Origin: Candidatus Latescibacterota bacterium
GTDB taxonomy: Bacteria; Latescibacterota; UBA2968; UBA8231
DNA: 64,000 bases
Direction of reading: 5' to 3'
Assembly (NCBI GenBank): GCA_965261395.1
Contig: OZ253462.1
Span: forward strand, 2,176,001 to 2,240,000
Shown piece after piece: positions 48,666 to 59,439 of the stretch (its first letter is position 1; the number at the start of each line of letters is the position of its first letter). A model generated the notes under the pieces. It searched no databases. It was not told the DNA's origin and saw nothing but the letters and a program-made list of their open reading frames with translations. The translations under genes and the position numbers were made by a program.

Positions 48666-51472
48666 TTAACGAGGCGGCACTTTATTCATTACCCTCCGCC
48701 TCCTCTTCCGCTTCCCTGTCGCTTCCGCCGCTAGCGGTGCTTGCGACTGCTCGTAAAGCGTAAAGAGATGCTCTACGCGCTCTCGCTCCGAGGCGAAGCG
48801 TGCGCGGCGATAGAGGCCGTCCACAGCGCGGTCGAGGGCTGAGTGCGCTCGACGCAAATCGGGCGGCATCGCGTCTGGGTCGTAGAGATCGGCGAGCGTA
48901 GCGTCAGGATGGTTGGCGCGGGCGGCGAGGACGGCGTCGGCATGGGGAGCGAGGCGTTCTAGGTCTTTCTCGGAAACAAGTGGGAGAGGGAAGGTGTTAT
49001 AGACGACGCCTATGGAATAGCGGTAGTCGCTTTTGAGCCGCCCGCCGAAATGTCGCATCCACGCCATGTGCATAGCCGAGGTGAGTAGGGCGAACGTCGG
49101 CTTGGTTGCATTGACGAGGACGCGGACGAGGTTACTTGGAACGACCGGAGGTTCTAGCCAGCCTATGGGCACATATTCGCGCCGTTCGGAACTCACTTCC
49201 GGGATGACCAAGAACGGGGCATCGGGGATGACGTTGACGTGGTAAAGCGTTGGTGTTTCCGCCAGCTTGCGAGTTGGTGCGCTTTTGCTTTGTCGCCGAA
49301 AGGCGCGTACAGCCCGCACACGCTCGTGTAGGGCCGGTGCCTGCCGCAGCAGGTCGGGCGGTGCCTCGCCGAGCCACAGAATCCAACGCTCGCCACCGTT
49401 GAGGTATTCCCAAGCACCAATGAACGGGCGAACATAAGGCGCAGCCTTTGGGCACTCCGCTAACAACGCATCGCGCTCGTCCGCATCTAAGATGTAATGG
49501 CCGCCATCAATCGGCTTCGACCCAATGATGAGCTTCGCCAGCCCATTGATCGGCTGACTCTCCGTGCCCACGACCAAATGCGGATTGGCCAGCCCGCCGC
49601 CGTCGAACAGATAAGGCGTGATTGCCGCGAAGCTAGCTTCCTCCGGCTCGCCGTTGATGTCGGGATAGGCAAACAGCCGCTTTTCCTTGCGTGCCGTTTC
49701 CCGTTTGTCCAGTCCGATAATCACCACGTGAACATGCGCCTTGCCGCGTGCATCCGAACCCCAAGCAAACGTGGGTGAGCAAAGGCAATGTCGAGGCGGC
49801 AGCGGTTGAACAAGACCGGCCAAAGCTGCGCCACCTGCTCGCCCTGCGTAATGGAATTGGTGGCCACGAACCCAATGCGCGGATTGCCTTTCTGCGCGTA
49901 CTCGCCAGCGCGTATGAACCAAGCTGCCACGTAATCAAGGGTGCCGCCGCTGCCGCCAAGCGCAGCGACCTGTTGTACCTGCTTCCGTTGATCGGAGGAC
50001 TGGAGCTTCGCGCCCACAAATGGCGGATTCCCGAATACATACGAACATTCCGCTGGCGGCAGCAGTTCGGCCCAGTCCATTGTTAGCGCGTCCGCGTTGT
50101 GGATGTGCGGCGACTTCTCAATCGGGATACGCGCATAGGTCTGGCCGAACTCTAAGCTCAGCCGGTTGTTCATAATGTGGTCCATCATCCACAGCGCGGT
50201 CTCGGCGATGCGCGCTGGAAACTCGCTAATCTCGATGCCATAGAACTGATCAACGTTGACTACGGAAAGCAACTCGGCGAATGCAGAAAGCTGGCCGGAT
50301 GGGTGCAACTCGCGCAACACCTCGATCTCAAGCTGCCGCAGCTCGCGGTACGCGATGATGAGGAAGTTTCCGCAGCCGCACGCCGGGTCGAGAAACGTCA
50401 ACTGACCTAGTTTTTGTTGGAAAGTGTATAGATCGGGGATGCGGCGGTTGTCGCGCCGGGTCTTCAGGCGTGCAAACTCGGCCCGCAGGTCGTCTAAAAA
50501 CAGCGGCTCAATCACCTTGCGGATGTTCTGCTCGGTGGTATAGTGGGCACCCTGGGCGCGGCGCTCGGCTGGCTCCATCACCGATTGGAACAGCGCGCCG
50601 AAGATGGCCGGGGAAATCGCGGTCCAGTCGAACAAGCAAGCGTCAATGAGGCTCTGACGCATTTCGGCGTCGAAATCGGGGATGCGAAGCGGTTCGGCGA
50701 ACAACTCGCCATTGACATACGGGAAGCGCGCCAAGTCCTCGTCTAGCTTGGTTTGCCGCCGCTCCTCCGGCGTGTTCAAGACTTGAAACAGTCGCGCTAG
50801 ATAGGGGCCGAGGTCGCTGCCGTCGGGTGAGGTGCGCTCCTCAATGAACTGCAAGAAGATGTCGCGCGGCTCGAAGATGCCGGTGTCGTCGGCAAACAAG
50901 CAAAACACCATGCGCACGAGGAAAAGCTCCAAGTCGTGGCCGTCGTAGCCAGACTCAGCGAGCGCATCGTGCAGGCGAGCAATGCGCTCGGACGCCTCGA
51001 TGTTGACCGGGTCTTGGTCGCGGAATGTGCGCCGCTGCACCCCGATGATGAAGCCGAACTTTTCGACGTACTGCGGCAGGTCGGCGAGGGCAAAGCGCGT
51101 CTCCTCGCGCTCATCTCGGTCGAGCAGTTCAAAGGTCTGAAAGTCGCAGAGCAGTTGGTAGCGGGGGCGGTCGCGCTCAGGCAGTGCATCGAAATAGGTA
51201 CCGGCCTGTTTACGTGCGGCGGTAAGGTCGCGGCCCGCGCTCTTTTGCTCGACCAGCAACACGCCCGGCCAGAACAGGTCAATGAAGCCGTGCGAGTTGT
51301 CCAAACGGCGAACGTGCTCCTCATAGCGCGCAACCGTGCGGCGACGCACGCCGAAGATCTCAAAAAACTCGTTGTAGAAGCTTTGGGTCTCGCCGCTCTC
51401 ATAGGTCGCGTTGGCCCACTCCGAGGCGAATTGGGCGGCGCGGGAGCGGATTTCGTTCCATGAAAGGCGCAT
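48666..51472 (-). pseudogene. MmeI-like type IIL restriction-modification enzyme with a single frameshift near 49775
   Basis: N-terminal ID..WPG.LLVEQK nuclease; GAHYT, LDPACGCGNF, GNPPF; FAH|TFAW split by an apparent 1-bp loss; C-terminal TRD GRLKSDYRYS...TLADLYD. Confidence 0.9.
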
Positions 51473-51585
51473 GGCGATGGGTTCTACGCTGGCTTGCTAC
51501 TGAAATAGTTGCGTCTTTGCGACGAGCGAAGACGGCGAGTTCCCTGCTAGGAATGGCGGATACATTGCGAACAGATTATCCACGC

Positions 51586-51663
51586 TAAGATTCTTCCCGA
51601 CGCCGCTTGCTGTCTATAAAAAAGATACAGTAGCGGTGACGTGTTGCTGATGAACTCAGACAT
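51586..51663 (-). pseudogene. 5' remnant of a DUF3368 PIN-domain toxin
   Basis: MSEFISNTSPLLYL overlapping the UPF0175 stop; stops after 25 aa. Confidence 0.65.
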
Positions 51664-51907
51664 GCTTGCGTTCTAGGTCGTTCAACTCCGTCTCAAGTGG
51701 AAAGACCTTGTAGCGATCAAGCGTCAACAGAAATTCTACGCGCGCCATCCCGGCAAGCTCCGCAGCTCGCCCAGACGAAAGACGGCCAAGCTCGTAGAGC
51801 TTGACTGCGGCTAGCATACGGAGTTCACGTGCAAAGGCGCGCTCGTCGGTCTTCGCGGCCAGCAGTACGCTCTCTGGAACATCGATTGCGATTTTCCGCG
51901 TTGCCAT
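51656..51907 (-). CDS. UPF0175 family antitoxin
   Basis: LAAVKLYELGRLSSGRAAELAGM.RVEF. Confidence 0.9.
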   Translation of the reverse strand: MATRKIAIDVPESVLLAAKTDERAFARELRMLAAVKLYELGRLSSGRAAELAGMARVEFLLTLDRYKVFPLETELNDLERKHV

Positions 51908-51966
51908 TCTCCTCGCCCTTTTGATCACCTGAGTAGCGAACTATGAGATAGCGTTATAGCAACGCC

Positions 51967-52701
51967 CTATTGAAACAACTGCACCGTCGGCTTGATTACC
52001 AAGAGGGGCACGCAGGCGCGGGGCGGTAGTGAGGCGACGAAGAGCGCGGCTTGGGCCAGCTCTTCAGGTTGCAGCATGGCGGCCCGGCGTTGGGCGCTGA
52101 CGGGTTCGGGCCGCTGGGCCAAAATTGGCGTCTCTACCTCGCCGGGACAGATTGCGCAGGCGCGGATGCCGGACTCGACTTCCTCTTCGTTAATCGAGTT
52201 CGTCAGCGCTACCGCCCCGTGCTTGGAGGCCGAATACGCGGCACCGGCCAGCTTGCTGGCCCGCAGGCCGGCGATGGACGAAATGGTGATGATGAGGCCG
52301 TCGTTTTTTTGCCGCATCCCCGGCAACACCACCCGCGCCATGTTGTACACCCCAGTGAGATTGATGGCAATGGTCTGGTCCCAGTCCTCGGGTGCCACGT
52401 CGCCGACTGCGCGCGGATTGGTGTTGATGCCGGCGTTGTTGACTAGGACATCGACGGCACCCCACTTGGCCTCGACGGTGGACGCTAGGGCCTCGACCGC
52501 GCTGCGGTCGGATACGTCGCAGGCGTGGAGCAGAATCCGGTCGGCATCAAGGCCAGCGGCCGCAGTGGAGAGCGGTTCAGGACGTCGCCCGACAAACGCC
52601 ACCCGCGCTCCTGCGTCGGCAAAACCGCGTGCTATAGCCGCGCCGATCCCAGTGCCCGCGCCGGTTACAACAACAACTTTATCGACGAATTGCCGCATCA
52701 T
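51967..52701 (-). CDS. SDR family oxidoreductase
   Basis: [17 protein letters not shown]. Confidence 0.93.
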   Translation of the reverse strand: MMRQFVDKVVVVTGAGTGIGAAIARGFADAGARVAFVGRRPEPLSTAAAGLDADRILLHACDVSDRSAVEALASTVEAKWGAVDVLVNNAGINTNPRAVGDVAPEDWDQTIAINLTGVYNMARVVLPGMRQKNDGLIITISSIAGLRASKLAGAAYSASKHGAVALTNSINEEEVESGIRACAICPGEVETPILAQRPEPVSAQRRAAMLQPEELAQAALFVASLPPRACVPLLVIKPTVQLFQ

Positions 52702-54167
52702 TCTGCTCCCTTTTTAAGTGCCTGTAAGCGCTGGGCTTCCTCGCGCTGCTTGTAAAACGAGTCGAGGGGAAAGCAGCCCGAAATCATGCCGTTGCGCGGC
52801 GCGGTCGTGCAATCGGAAAACGTGCGGCAGATGACGCGGCGTTGCAGTTGGCCCGTTTGCAGCACGTCGCAGGGCAGGTCGGGATAGGACAGAACCATCC
52901 GCCCTAAGCCGATAAAATCCACCATGCCTGCCCGTACGAGGGCCTGCCCCACGTGCGGCAGGTACTCCTGCAAGTAGGAATAACCCGACCCGACGAACAG
53001 GCTGCGCGGAAAGCGCGCCTTGAGCCGGGCGACCATTTCTACTTGCCGCGCCACTCCGCACAGTGGGTCTTCCGGCGGCAGGTACCCATCGGAAGGGGGA
53101 AAGAGCGCCGGTCGCTGGATGTGCGGATTGTAATAAGGGCTGCCGCAGGACAAGTTGAACAGGTCCACGCCCAAGCTCTCCAACAAGGCGATGAACTGCT
53201 CGGCCTCGCCTAAGTCCATTTGCCGTGGGTCGCCCTGATCGACCCCAAAGCCGTACTCGTAGGGCAGGCAGTTTTGATACGGCTCGGGCACTCCATGCCC
53301 CGGCTTGCCGTCGATACTCGCGTTTGGATCGGGCTGGAAGGGCACCAAGTCGAAGGCGCTCAGCCGCACGCCGATACCGAGGCCGGGTGCTCGGTTGCGG
53401 ATCCCCTCGATGATGCGGCGGACAAAGCGCGTGCGATTGGCAAACGAGCCACCAAAGGGGCCGGGCCGCGTAAACGCGCTGAGGAATTCGTGCCCTAGGT
53501 AGCCGTGGCAATGCTTGATGTCCACGAAGTGATAGCCCAGTTCATGGGCGATTTGCGCACCGGCGACGTAGCGATCGATCAACTCCTCGATATAGGCGTC
53601 CGTCAGGAGCGGATAGTCCGCGTCAAGGCCGAATTTGCGATCCAGAATCGGGTGGTGATAGAGAATGGCCGGCGCGGATTGGTCCTTGCGATAGGGCCGA
53701 CAAAACCGCCCCGAATGCGTCAGTTGCAGGCCGAGGAGCAGATCGTCGGTGGTGCCAAACTGCTCGCGGTGTGCCGACAAGAGGATGTCGCGGAGTTCGG
53801 CCATGCCAGCGCGGTTTTCCTCGCGCGCCATAAGCTGGTTCGGGTTGGCGCGGCCCTCGGGTGCCACGGCGAATGCCTCCCCGCCCCAGATGAGCTTGGC
53901 CCCGCTGCGCCCGAAATTCCGCCAGCGACGGCGCGTCAAGTCGCTCGGCTGGCCGTCTTCAGTCCCATCCCATCCCTCCATCGGCTGAATGGCAAAGCGA
54001 TTGCCGATGCGGATGCCGCCGGGGTACGCGGCTTGGGCCAGCGGGGAAGAGGGTGCGGTTTCGATCTGGTCGTCGCAGGGCAATTCCGCGCCCAAATGGG
54101 CCAAGTGGGCGCGAAAGTCCGCTGCCCGCTTAAAGCTGGAGATGCGCGGATAGCGCGTCTTGGCCAT
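52698..54167 (-). CDS. NADH:flavin oxidoreductase (old yellow enzyme family)
   Basis: [27 protein letters not shown]; true start probably MAKTRY, overlapping the lgt stop. Confidence 0.88.
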   Translation of the reverse strand: MAKTRYPRISSFKRAADFRAHLAHLGAELPCDDQIETAPSSPLAQAAYPGGIRIGNRFAIQPMEGWDGTEDGQPSDLTRRRWRNFGRSGAKLIWGGEAFAVAPEGRANPNQLMAREENRAGMAELRDILLSAHREQFGTTDDLLLGLQLTHSGRFCRPYRKDQSAPAILYHHPILDRKFGLDADYPLLTDAYIEELIDRYVAGAQIAHELGYHFVDIKHCHGYLGHEFLSAFTRPGPFGGSFANRTRFVRRIIEGIRNRAPGLGIGVRLSAFDLVPFQPDPNASIDGKPGHGVPEPYQNCLPYEYGFGVDQGDPRQMDLGEAEQFIALLESLGVDLFNLSCGSPYYNPHIQRPALFPPSDGYLPPEDPLCGVARQVEMVARLKARFPRSLFVGSGYSYLQEYLPHVGQALVRAGMVDFIGLGRMVLSYPDLPCDVLQTGQLQRRVICRTFSDCTTAPRNGMISGCFPLDSFYKQREEAQRLQALKKGAE

Positions 54168-54919
54168 TAAGAGGCCTCCCGGCGTTGCAGGTACAGCATC
54201 AGCCCCAAACCGAAGGCAATCATGGCGAGGCTGAGGAGCTGGGCTTGGCTCAGGCCCCACAGTACGCGCGGGTTGACCCGAATGAACTCCACCAAGAACC
54301 GCGCTAGTCCGGCGAGGATGAGATAGAAGCTGAACGACAGACCCGGGGGCTTGAAGCGGGTCCGCATCTTCCACAAGAAGGCAGCGATCCCCAAGTGGGC
54401 GAGGGTTTCGTACACGGGAGCGGGATGGACCTTTTCAAGGGTTGGCACCACCCCGTTGGGATAGGCCATGCCCCAGGGAAGATCCGTCGGCACCCCGTAG
54501 TCGCCATCGCCGGCGAGCTGGCAGCCGATCCGCCCGATCCCGTAGCCCACGGCAATTGCAATGCCCAACGAGTCGGCGACTTGGCCCAGCGGCGCACTGT
54601 GGCGGCGAATTTGCCACAGCGTGCCGGCAGTGGCGACGACAAATCCCCCGTACCAAGTCAAGCCGTAGCCAGAAAACAGCAGGTCGAACACCTCATCCCA
54701 GGTCTCAGGCGACGTTTCAAATAGCACAAAGTAGAGCTTGGCTCCGACGATCCCGCCGACCATGCAGGTGGTGACAATCGTCGATCCCAGCTCGTCGTGT
54801 AGCCCTTGGCGCTTGAACTCGCGGTTGAGCACACGCAGGGCCGCCAAGAAACCAAGGGCGACCATGAGGCCAAACGTGCCGATGCTAATGGGGCCGATCT
54901 CGAATAGGTAGGGATACAT
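54167..54919 (-). CDS. lgt: Prolipoprotein diacylglyceryl transferase
   Basis: [28 protein letters not shown]. Confidence 0.92.
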   Translation of the reverse strand: MYPYLFEIGPISIGTFGLMVALGFLAALRVLNREFKRQGLHDELGSTIVTTCMVGGIVGAKLYFVLFETSPETWDEVFDLLFSGYGLTWYGGFVVATAGTLWQIRRHSAPLGQVADSLGIAIAVGYGIGRIGCQLAGDGDYGVPTDLPWGMAYPNGVVPTLEKVHPAPVYETLAHLGIAAFLWKMRTRFKPPGLSFSFYLILAGLARFLVEFIRVNPRVLWGLSQAQLLSLAMIAFGLGLMLYLQRREAS

Positions 54920-54921
54920 AA

Positions 54922-57900
54922 TCAGATGTTTTTGCGGCCCAGCGCCTCGATCTGTCGCTTAAGTGCTGCGGCGATCTCGTAGTAGATCTCATAGGGACTC
55001 AACGCCTCGGCGCGCCCTTTGAAAGAGGTCGTTTCTAGGGGGGGGCCAAAAAGCAGGCGCAAAGGGTGACGCGCTGGTGTGCGCGTCCCCTTGGGCAAGG
55101 CTTCGCGGGTGCCGGCAATGTGCAGGGGCACTACGGGCATGTCCAGCTCGTAGGCCAAAAGCCCCACGCCCGCCTTAAACGGCTGTAGCTGATCGTTGAC
55201 TGAGCGCGTGCCTTCGGGAAAGACCAGCAGCGGGCGGCGCACCCCCATCAATTGCCGCGCCCGCACCAAGCCGGCGGCAAAATCACCGTGGCCGTCGAAG
55301 GGGACGGCGTTGGCAAAGGTGTACAAAAACCAGCGCAGCTCGGAGTCGGCAAGGTAATGCTCGCTGGTTGCGATATTGAGGTGATCTACATGGGAGCGCA
55401 CGGCTGAGTACACGCAAGCACCGTCGAGGTGGCTGGCGTGGTTGGCGGCAATCAGGTAGGGCCGATCTTGTGGCAAGTGCTCTAGGCCACCGGCCCGGAG
55501 GTCGAAAAAGCGGCGGAACAAGGGGCCGCCGGCCTCCCACAGGAATTCTTGCAGCATCTTTTTGCCGGCCTCGCTCTCTGGCTCGGCACTCGGCTCGGCC
55601 TGCAAGATGCCCGACCAGTACGCCGGCGACTGCTCCACCTCCCAGTCCACCCCATCGCTCAAGTGAGCCTCCAGCCGCGCCAAGACGCTGCGGAGCGTGT
55701 CCTGTGGCTGCAAAAGTCCATCGACTTGGACCCCCAGCCGCTGGCCGAGCCACGCGGCGAACTCCACTGCCATCAGCGAATCCAACAAGGTGTCGAGCGG
55801 CGCGTCTATGTGAGCTGCTACCTCCCCAGTGCTCAGACCAGCGAGCAGGCCGATTTGGCACTGGATCGCCCGCTCCCATTGCGGCAGGGCCGTGTCTGGG
55901 CAGTCTTCGCGCTCGATGGCGGTCAACAGGGTTTGGCGGTCTACGGTGCCGTCGTCCAGCCTTGGCAGCGGTTGGGTCCAAAAGTGCAGGCGTTGGATCC
56001 GCTGGTGGCTGGGCAAGGTGCGCGAAATCTCGTATGAGCGCGCTTGGATGGCCTCGCGCAGGGCTTCGACTTCCTCGGAGTCGCGGTTGATTACGGCCAC
56101 GCCGCGCACTTCTTCACCTTCGGTGCGAGCCGAGGGCACGCCGACCACGGTCAGCTCGGCCACGTGCGGCAGTCCGTGGTAGAGCAATTCGATTTCGCGT
56201 GGATAGACGTTGTGGCCTGCTCCATTGACGATCAGGTCTTTGCTCCGCCCCTCGACGAAGAGATAGCCGTCGTCTAGGCGGCCGACATCGCCGGTGTGTA
56301 GCCACCCGTCGCGCAACACCGCTTGGGTCAGTTCTTCTTGGGAAAGGTACCCCTCCATGACGTTGGCACCCCGCACCAACACCTCGCCGACGCCGCGCTC
56401 GTCTGGCTCGGCGATCTGCACTTGCTGCCCAGGCAGCACCTGCCCCACCGACCGGGCTTTGCCCTGCTTAGGCACGTTGACCGCCACGATCGAGGCCGCT
56501 TCGCTCAGGCCATAGCCTTGGCAAATCGCCACGCCGAGACGCTCGTAAGCGTCGAGGAGGTCGTCGGACAGGGTTGCGCCGACGCTGACGACCCGCCTCA
56601 GAGCCGCTAGTGCAGCCGTGGCCTCCGTGGCCTCGGCCCCGAGGCGCTCGACGCGGTCGGCCAAGACGCGCAACAGGCGCGGCGCGGTCAACAGCATGGT
56701 CGTACCCGTATCGTGCAGGGCGCGGAGCATCTCGCGGCTGTTGACGGCCTCTAAATACGTGATGGTGGCCCCGCTGAGCAGCGGCAGCAGCAAGCCGCCC
56801 GTGAATTCGAGGACTTGGTGCAGGGGCAGGGTCGAGAGCATGCGGTCGGATTCGTAGATGCCCAGCACTTCGCCTTGGGCTAGGACGTTGCAGATGAGAT
56901 TGCGATGGCTCAACACCACTCCGCGCGGCTCGATGACCGAGGTAAAGAGGATCGACGCTGTGGCGTCTGGCCCGACCCGCGGCGACTTCCAGCGGCTGGC
57001 TCCGCCGGCTGCGGCCGGCTCGGGAGCGTGCCCGAACGGCAGACCGTCGCGATCTACATTGAAAAAGGCCATCTCCTTGTGGGCAGCTACGCCCTCGGGC
57101 GAGAGCAGGGAAAAGCGCTTTTCCGCCGCAATTAGCGCCCGTGCTTGGACAAAGTCGCACAGTGCCCAGATGTCTTCCTCGCGCGTCTGCGGGTCGATGG
57201 GCACGACCGCTAGCCCGAGCAGGCTGGCCGCCATGTAGGCGATGACCCACTCCGGCCCGTTGTCCCCGCACAGCAGAACCCGCGCATCGGCCGACACGCC
57301 CTGCGCTTGCCAACTGCGCGCCATGCACTCGGCGCGAGTGAGCAACTCGTCGTAGCTGATCCGCGTCCAGCCGGCGCGGCGTTCGATTTGCAAGGCCGTT
57401 CTGGCGGCGTAGCGGCCGCAGGCCCAGCGCAACAGGTCCGGGATCGTGCGGATGCTTTCCTCGATGCGCCAGCGCTGTTCCTCGCCCCCCACTTCGCTCG
57501 GAGCCGCGCTCAACGGCTCGCGGTCGTCGTCGGTTCCGCCCAGTTCGTGGCGCCGCAGGCCGGGCAGGTGGGTCCTTTGATAATATTGATACCAGTCAAT
57601 CCGCCGCACGTCCATGTTGAAGATTCGCTGCTCTTCGGGGGACAGCGACTCGTAGAGGGCCAACATGCGCTTGGTTTCATAGCGGCAGTCGAGGGTCGTG
57701 TACGGGCTGAATAAGTCGGTGAAGTACTGGACGCGCTTGAGTCGCGTCTTAAGCGCGGCCAAGCGGCGTTTTTTCTGGGCCGGTGCCCAGCGCTCGGGCA
57801 GGTACTCGTAGAGCTTTTGCTTTATCTCCAGAGGATAGAGGTACTTCCAGTTGAAGGCGCGCTGGAAGCGGGCCACCGTCGGGAAGGTCCAATCCACTAG

Positions 57901-59124
57901 CTCGGGCCGCGAGCCGTCTTTGTTGAGGAGGGGGTGTTCCTCAAAGTAGCCTTTTACGTACTTGAACATCCGGGTGTTGGGCAGTGGGTTTTCCTCGCTG
58001 GTTGCCGCGTGGAATACCTCCACTTTAGAGGCCGTGGCCTGCGTGGCCGCGGCCAGCACGGTATTGACGACGATGTCCACGGGCACCAAGTCCATGGGCG
58101 CACCGCCTGCGGCCGGGAAGTCCGGGACAATCCCCCGCCCGTAGGCCACGATTAGTGGATCGGTTACTTTGAGGCCGTGGATCCAGCCTGGATGTGGATC
58201 TTCGAGCGCGCCTTCGGTGACGCTGGGCCGCACGATGGCCAGCGGCACTTGGTCGCGGTGCTTGACGAGTAGCTGTTCGCCCATGGCTTTGGTAAAAGTG
58301 TACACGTCATTCCAGCCATGCTGCCGCGCTCGGCGCATCCCCTCCTCGACCAGCTCGCGCTCGATCCAGCGGCGACAGCGGTCGTCAACCAGCTTTTGCA
58401 AGCGGCTGTCAGAAAGTTTGCGGCTATGGCTCTGCTCGACGATCTCGTGGCGGAATGCTTGCTGTTGCTCGGCGCTTTGCGCTTGGGCGCGGATTGCACG
58501 GCAGCGGGCTTGCGCTTGGGCGATCTCTTCTTCGGGGACGAAAGGCTGTGGAGGCGTGTTGCCGTCGATCAGGTGTTGAATAGTGCGATTGATCGGAAGT
58601 GTTTGCTCGGGGATGGTGCCAGTGAGGCGGCCGTTGACGTATGCGGTTGATACGTGTACTAAGACGGGCTTTTTGCGGCCTTCGCGGGCCAGCCGCAAAA
58701 GCTCCTGAGGTGCCAAGGTGTTGAATTGGATCGCCGAGTCGAGCGGTTCGTCAAAGGTGACGCTAGCCGCATTGCCGATGATGAGGTCAACTTCCGCTAG
58801 CAGCTCGTCGCGGGATGCGTCGTCTAGCCCGAGGCCTGGCTGCCGCATGTCGCAGGCGAGGGCGCGCACCTTCTGTCGCACCGCGGCAAAGGCGGCTGGC
58901 TCCTCGCGGCGAAAGCGGTCGAAGACGACTAGCTTGAAAAGCTCGTCTAGCCGCTCCTCTACCGGCAGCGCGGCCCCGCCAGGACTCCGACCGGGCCGCA
59001 ACACGAGGTACAAGCACCGCACGCCGGGCAAATAGCGCAGGATCTTGGCCGTCAGCCCCTGCCCGTAAAACCCGGTGCCGCCGGTCAGCAACACGGTGCG
59101 GTCCTGATAGAATTCTCTGATCAT
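54922..59124 (-). CDS. ElbD-like multidomain enzyme: fatty acyl reductase - adenylation - ACP - lysophospholipid acyltransferase
   Basis: TGGTGF.G, HVSTAYV, YTFTK, male-sterility C-terminus; GYGLSE, HTGDVG; LDSL; NHASHLD, FPEGTRS. Confidence 0.88.
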   Translation of the reverse strand: MIREFYQDRTVLLTGGTGFYGQGLTAKILRYLPGVRCLYLVLRPGRSPGGAALPVEERLDELFKLVVFDRFRREEPAAFAAVRQKVRALACDMRQPGLGLDDASRDELLAEVDLIIGNAASVTFDEPLDSAIQFNTLAPQELLRLAREGRKKPVLVHVSTAYVNGRLTGTIPEQTLPINRTIQHLIDGNTPPQPFVPEEEIAQAQARCRAIRAQAQSAEQQQAFRHEIVEQSHSRKLSDSRLQKLVDDRCRRWIERELVEEGMRRARQHGWNDVYTFTKAMGEQLLVKHRDQVPLAIVRPSVTEGALEDPHPGWIHGLKVTDPLIVAYGRGIVPDFPAAGGAPMDLVPVDIVVNTVLAAATQATASKVEVFHAATSEENPLPNTRMFKYVKGYFEEHPLLNKDGSRPELVDWTFPTVARFQRAFNWKYLYPLEIKQKLYEYLPERWAPAQKKRRLAALKTRLKRVQYFTDLFSPYTTLDCRYETKRMLALYESLSPEEQRIFNMDVRRIDWYQYYQRTHLPGLRRHELGGTDDDREPLSAAPSEVGGEEQRWRIEESIRTIPDLLRWACGRYAARTALQIERRAGWTRISYDELLTRAECMARSWQAQGVSADARVLLCGDNGPEWVIAYMAASLLGLAVVPIDPQTREEDIWALCDFVQARALIAAEKRFSLLSPEGVAAHKEMAFFNVDRDGLPFGHAPEPAAAGGASRWKSPRVGPDATASILFTSVIEPRGVVLSHRNLICNVLAQGEVLGIYESDRMLSTLPLHQVLEFTGGLLLPLLSGATITYLEAVNSREMLRALHDTGTTMLLTAPRLLRVLADRVERLGAEATEATAALAALRRVVSVGATLSDDLLDAYERLGVAICQGYGLSEAASIVAVNVPKQGKARSVGQVLPGQQVQIAEPDERGVGEVLVRGANVMEGYLSQEELTQAVLRDGWLHTGDVGRLDDGYLFVEGRSKDLIVNGAGHNVYPREIELLYHGLPHVAELTVVGVPSARTEGEEVRGVAVINRDSEEVEALREAIQARSYEISRTLPSHQRIQRLHFWTQPLPRLDDGTVDRQTLLTAIEREDCPDTALPQWERAIQCQIGLLAGLSTGEVAAHIDAPLDTLLDSLMAVEFAAWLGQRLGVQVDGLLQPQDTLRSVLARLEAHLSDGVDWEVEQSPAYWSGILQAEPSAEPESEAGKKMLQEFLWEAGGPLFRRFFDLRAGGLEHLPQDRPYLIAANHASHLDGACVYSAVRSHVDHLNIATSEHYLADSELRWFLYTFANAVPFDGHGDFAAGLVRARQLMGVRRPLLVFPEGTRSVNDQLQPFKAGVGLLAYELDMPVVPLHIAGTREALPKGTRTPARHPLRLLFGPPLETTSFKGRAEALSPYEIYYEIAAALKRQIEALGRKNI

Positions 59125-59134
59125 GGCGGAAACG

Positions 59135-59182
59135 GAAAAAAGCCCCATCCTGTGCAGCGAGTGGCCCGTCAGGACAGGGCTT
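59135..59182 (-). terminator. Intrinsic-terminator-like hairpin directly upstream of the ElbD-like gene
   Basis: AAGCCCTGTCCTG...CAGGATGGGGCTT stem (two G-U pairs) then a U-tract. Confidence 0.6.
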
Positions 59183-59227
59183 AAAATGCTGTAATATAGA
59201 AGGCGGGGTGCCCTCCCACAAGGAGGC

Positions 59228-59374
59228 TCACTGCGCGGGACGCTTGGGATCGCGGCCCTTGCTATCGCGCCGATTTCGGTCTAGCCCTTGCTTGGTGATA
59301 TAGGGGTGTTCGACCTGTTTTTCCAGTTCGCGGCGCTGGTCGGCCCAATCGATGTCTCGTTTTCGCTTGGCCAT
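59228..59374 (-). CDS. Small charged 48-aa hypothetical protein
   Basis: MAKRKRDIDWADQRRELEKQVEHPYITKQGLDRNRRDSKGRDPKRPAQ*; below the ORF-track cutoff; host-like codons. Confidence 0.55.
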   Translation of the reverse strand: MAKRKRDIDWADQRRELEKQVEHPYITKQGLDRNRRDSKGRDPKRPAQ

Positions 59375-59439
59375 GTTTTGATATTATCTTTGTTATCTAG
59401 GTTAATCTATGCGCAGGACGGGACGGGACAACCCAAGCT

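Noticed and set aside
48640-51980. Flanking direct repeat around the MmeI-like block
   Set aside because: Looked for a duplication like those at 10-16 kb; none convincing by eye.
52698-54374. Extended N-terminus of the oxidoreductase in the ORF track
   Set aside because: Overlaps lgt by ~200 bp; ATG 54167 gives a normal stop/start overlap.
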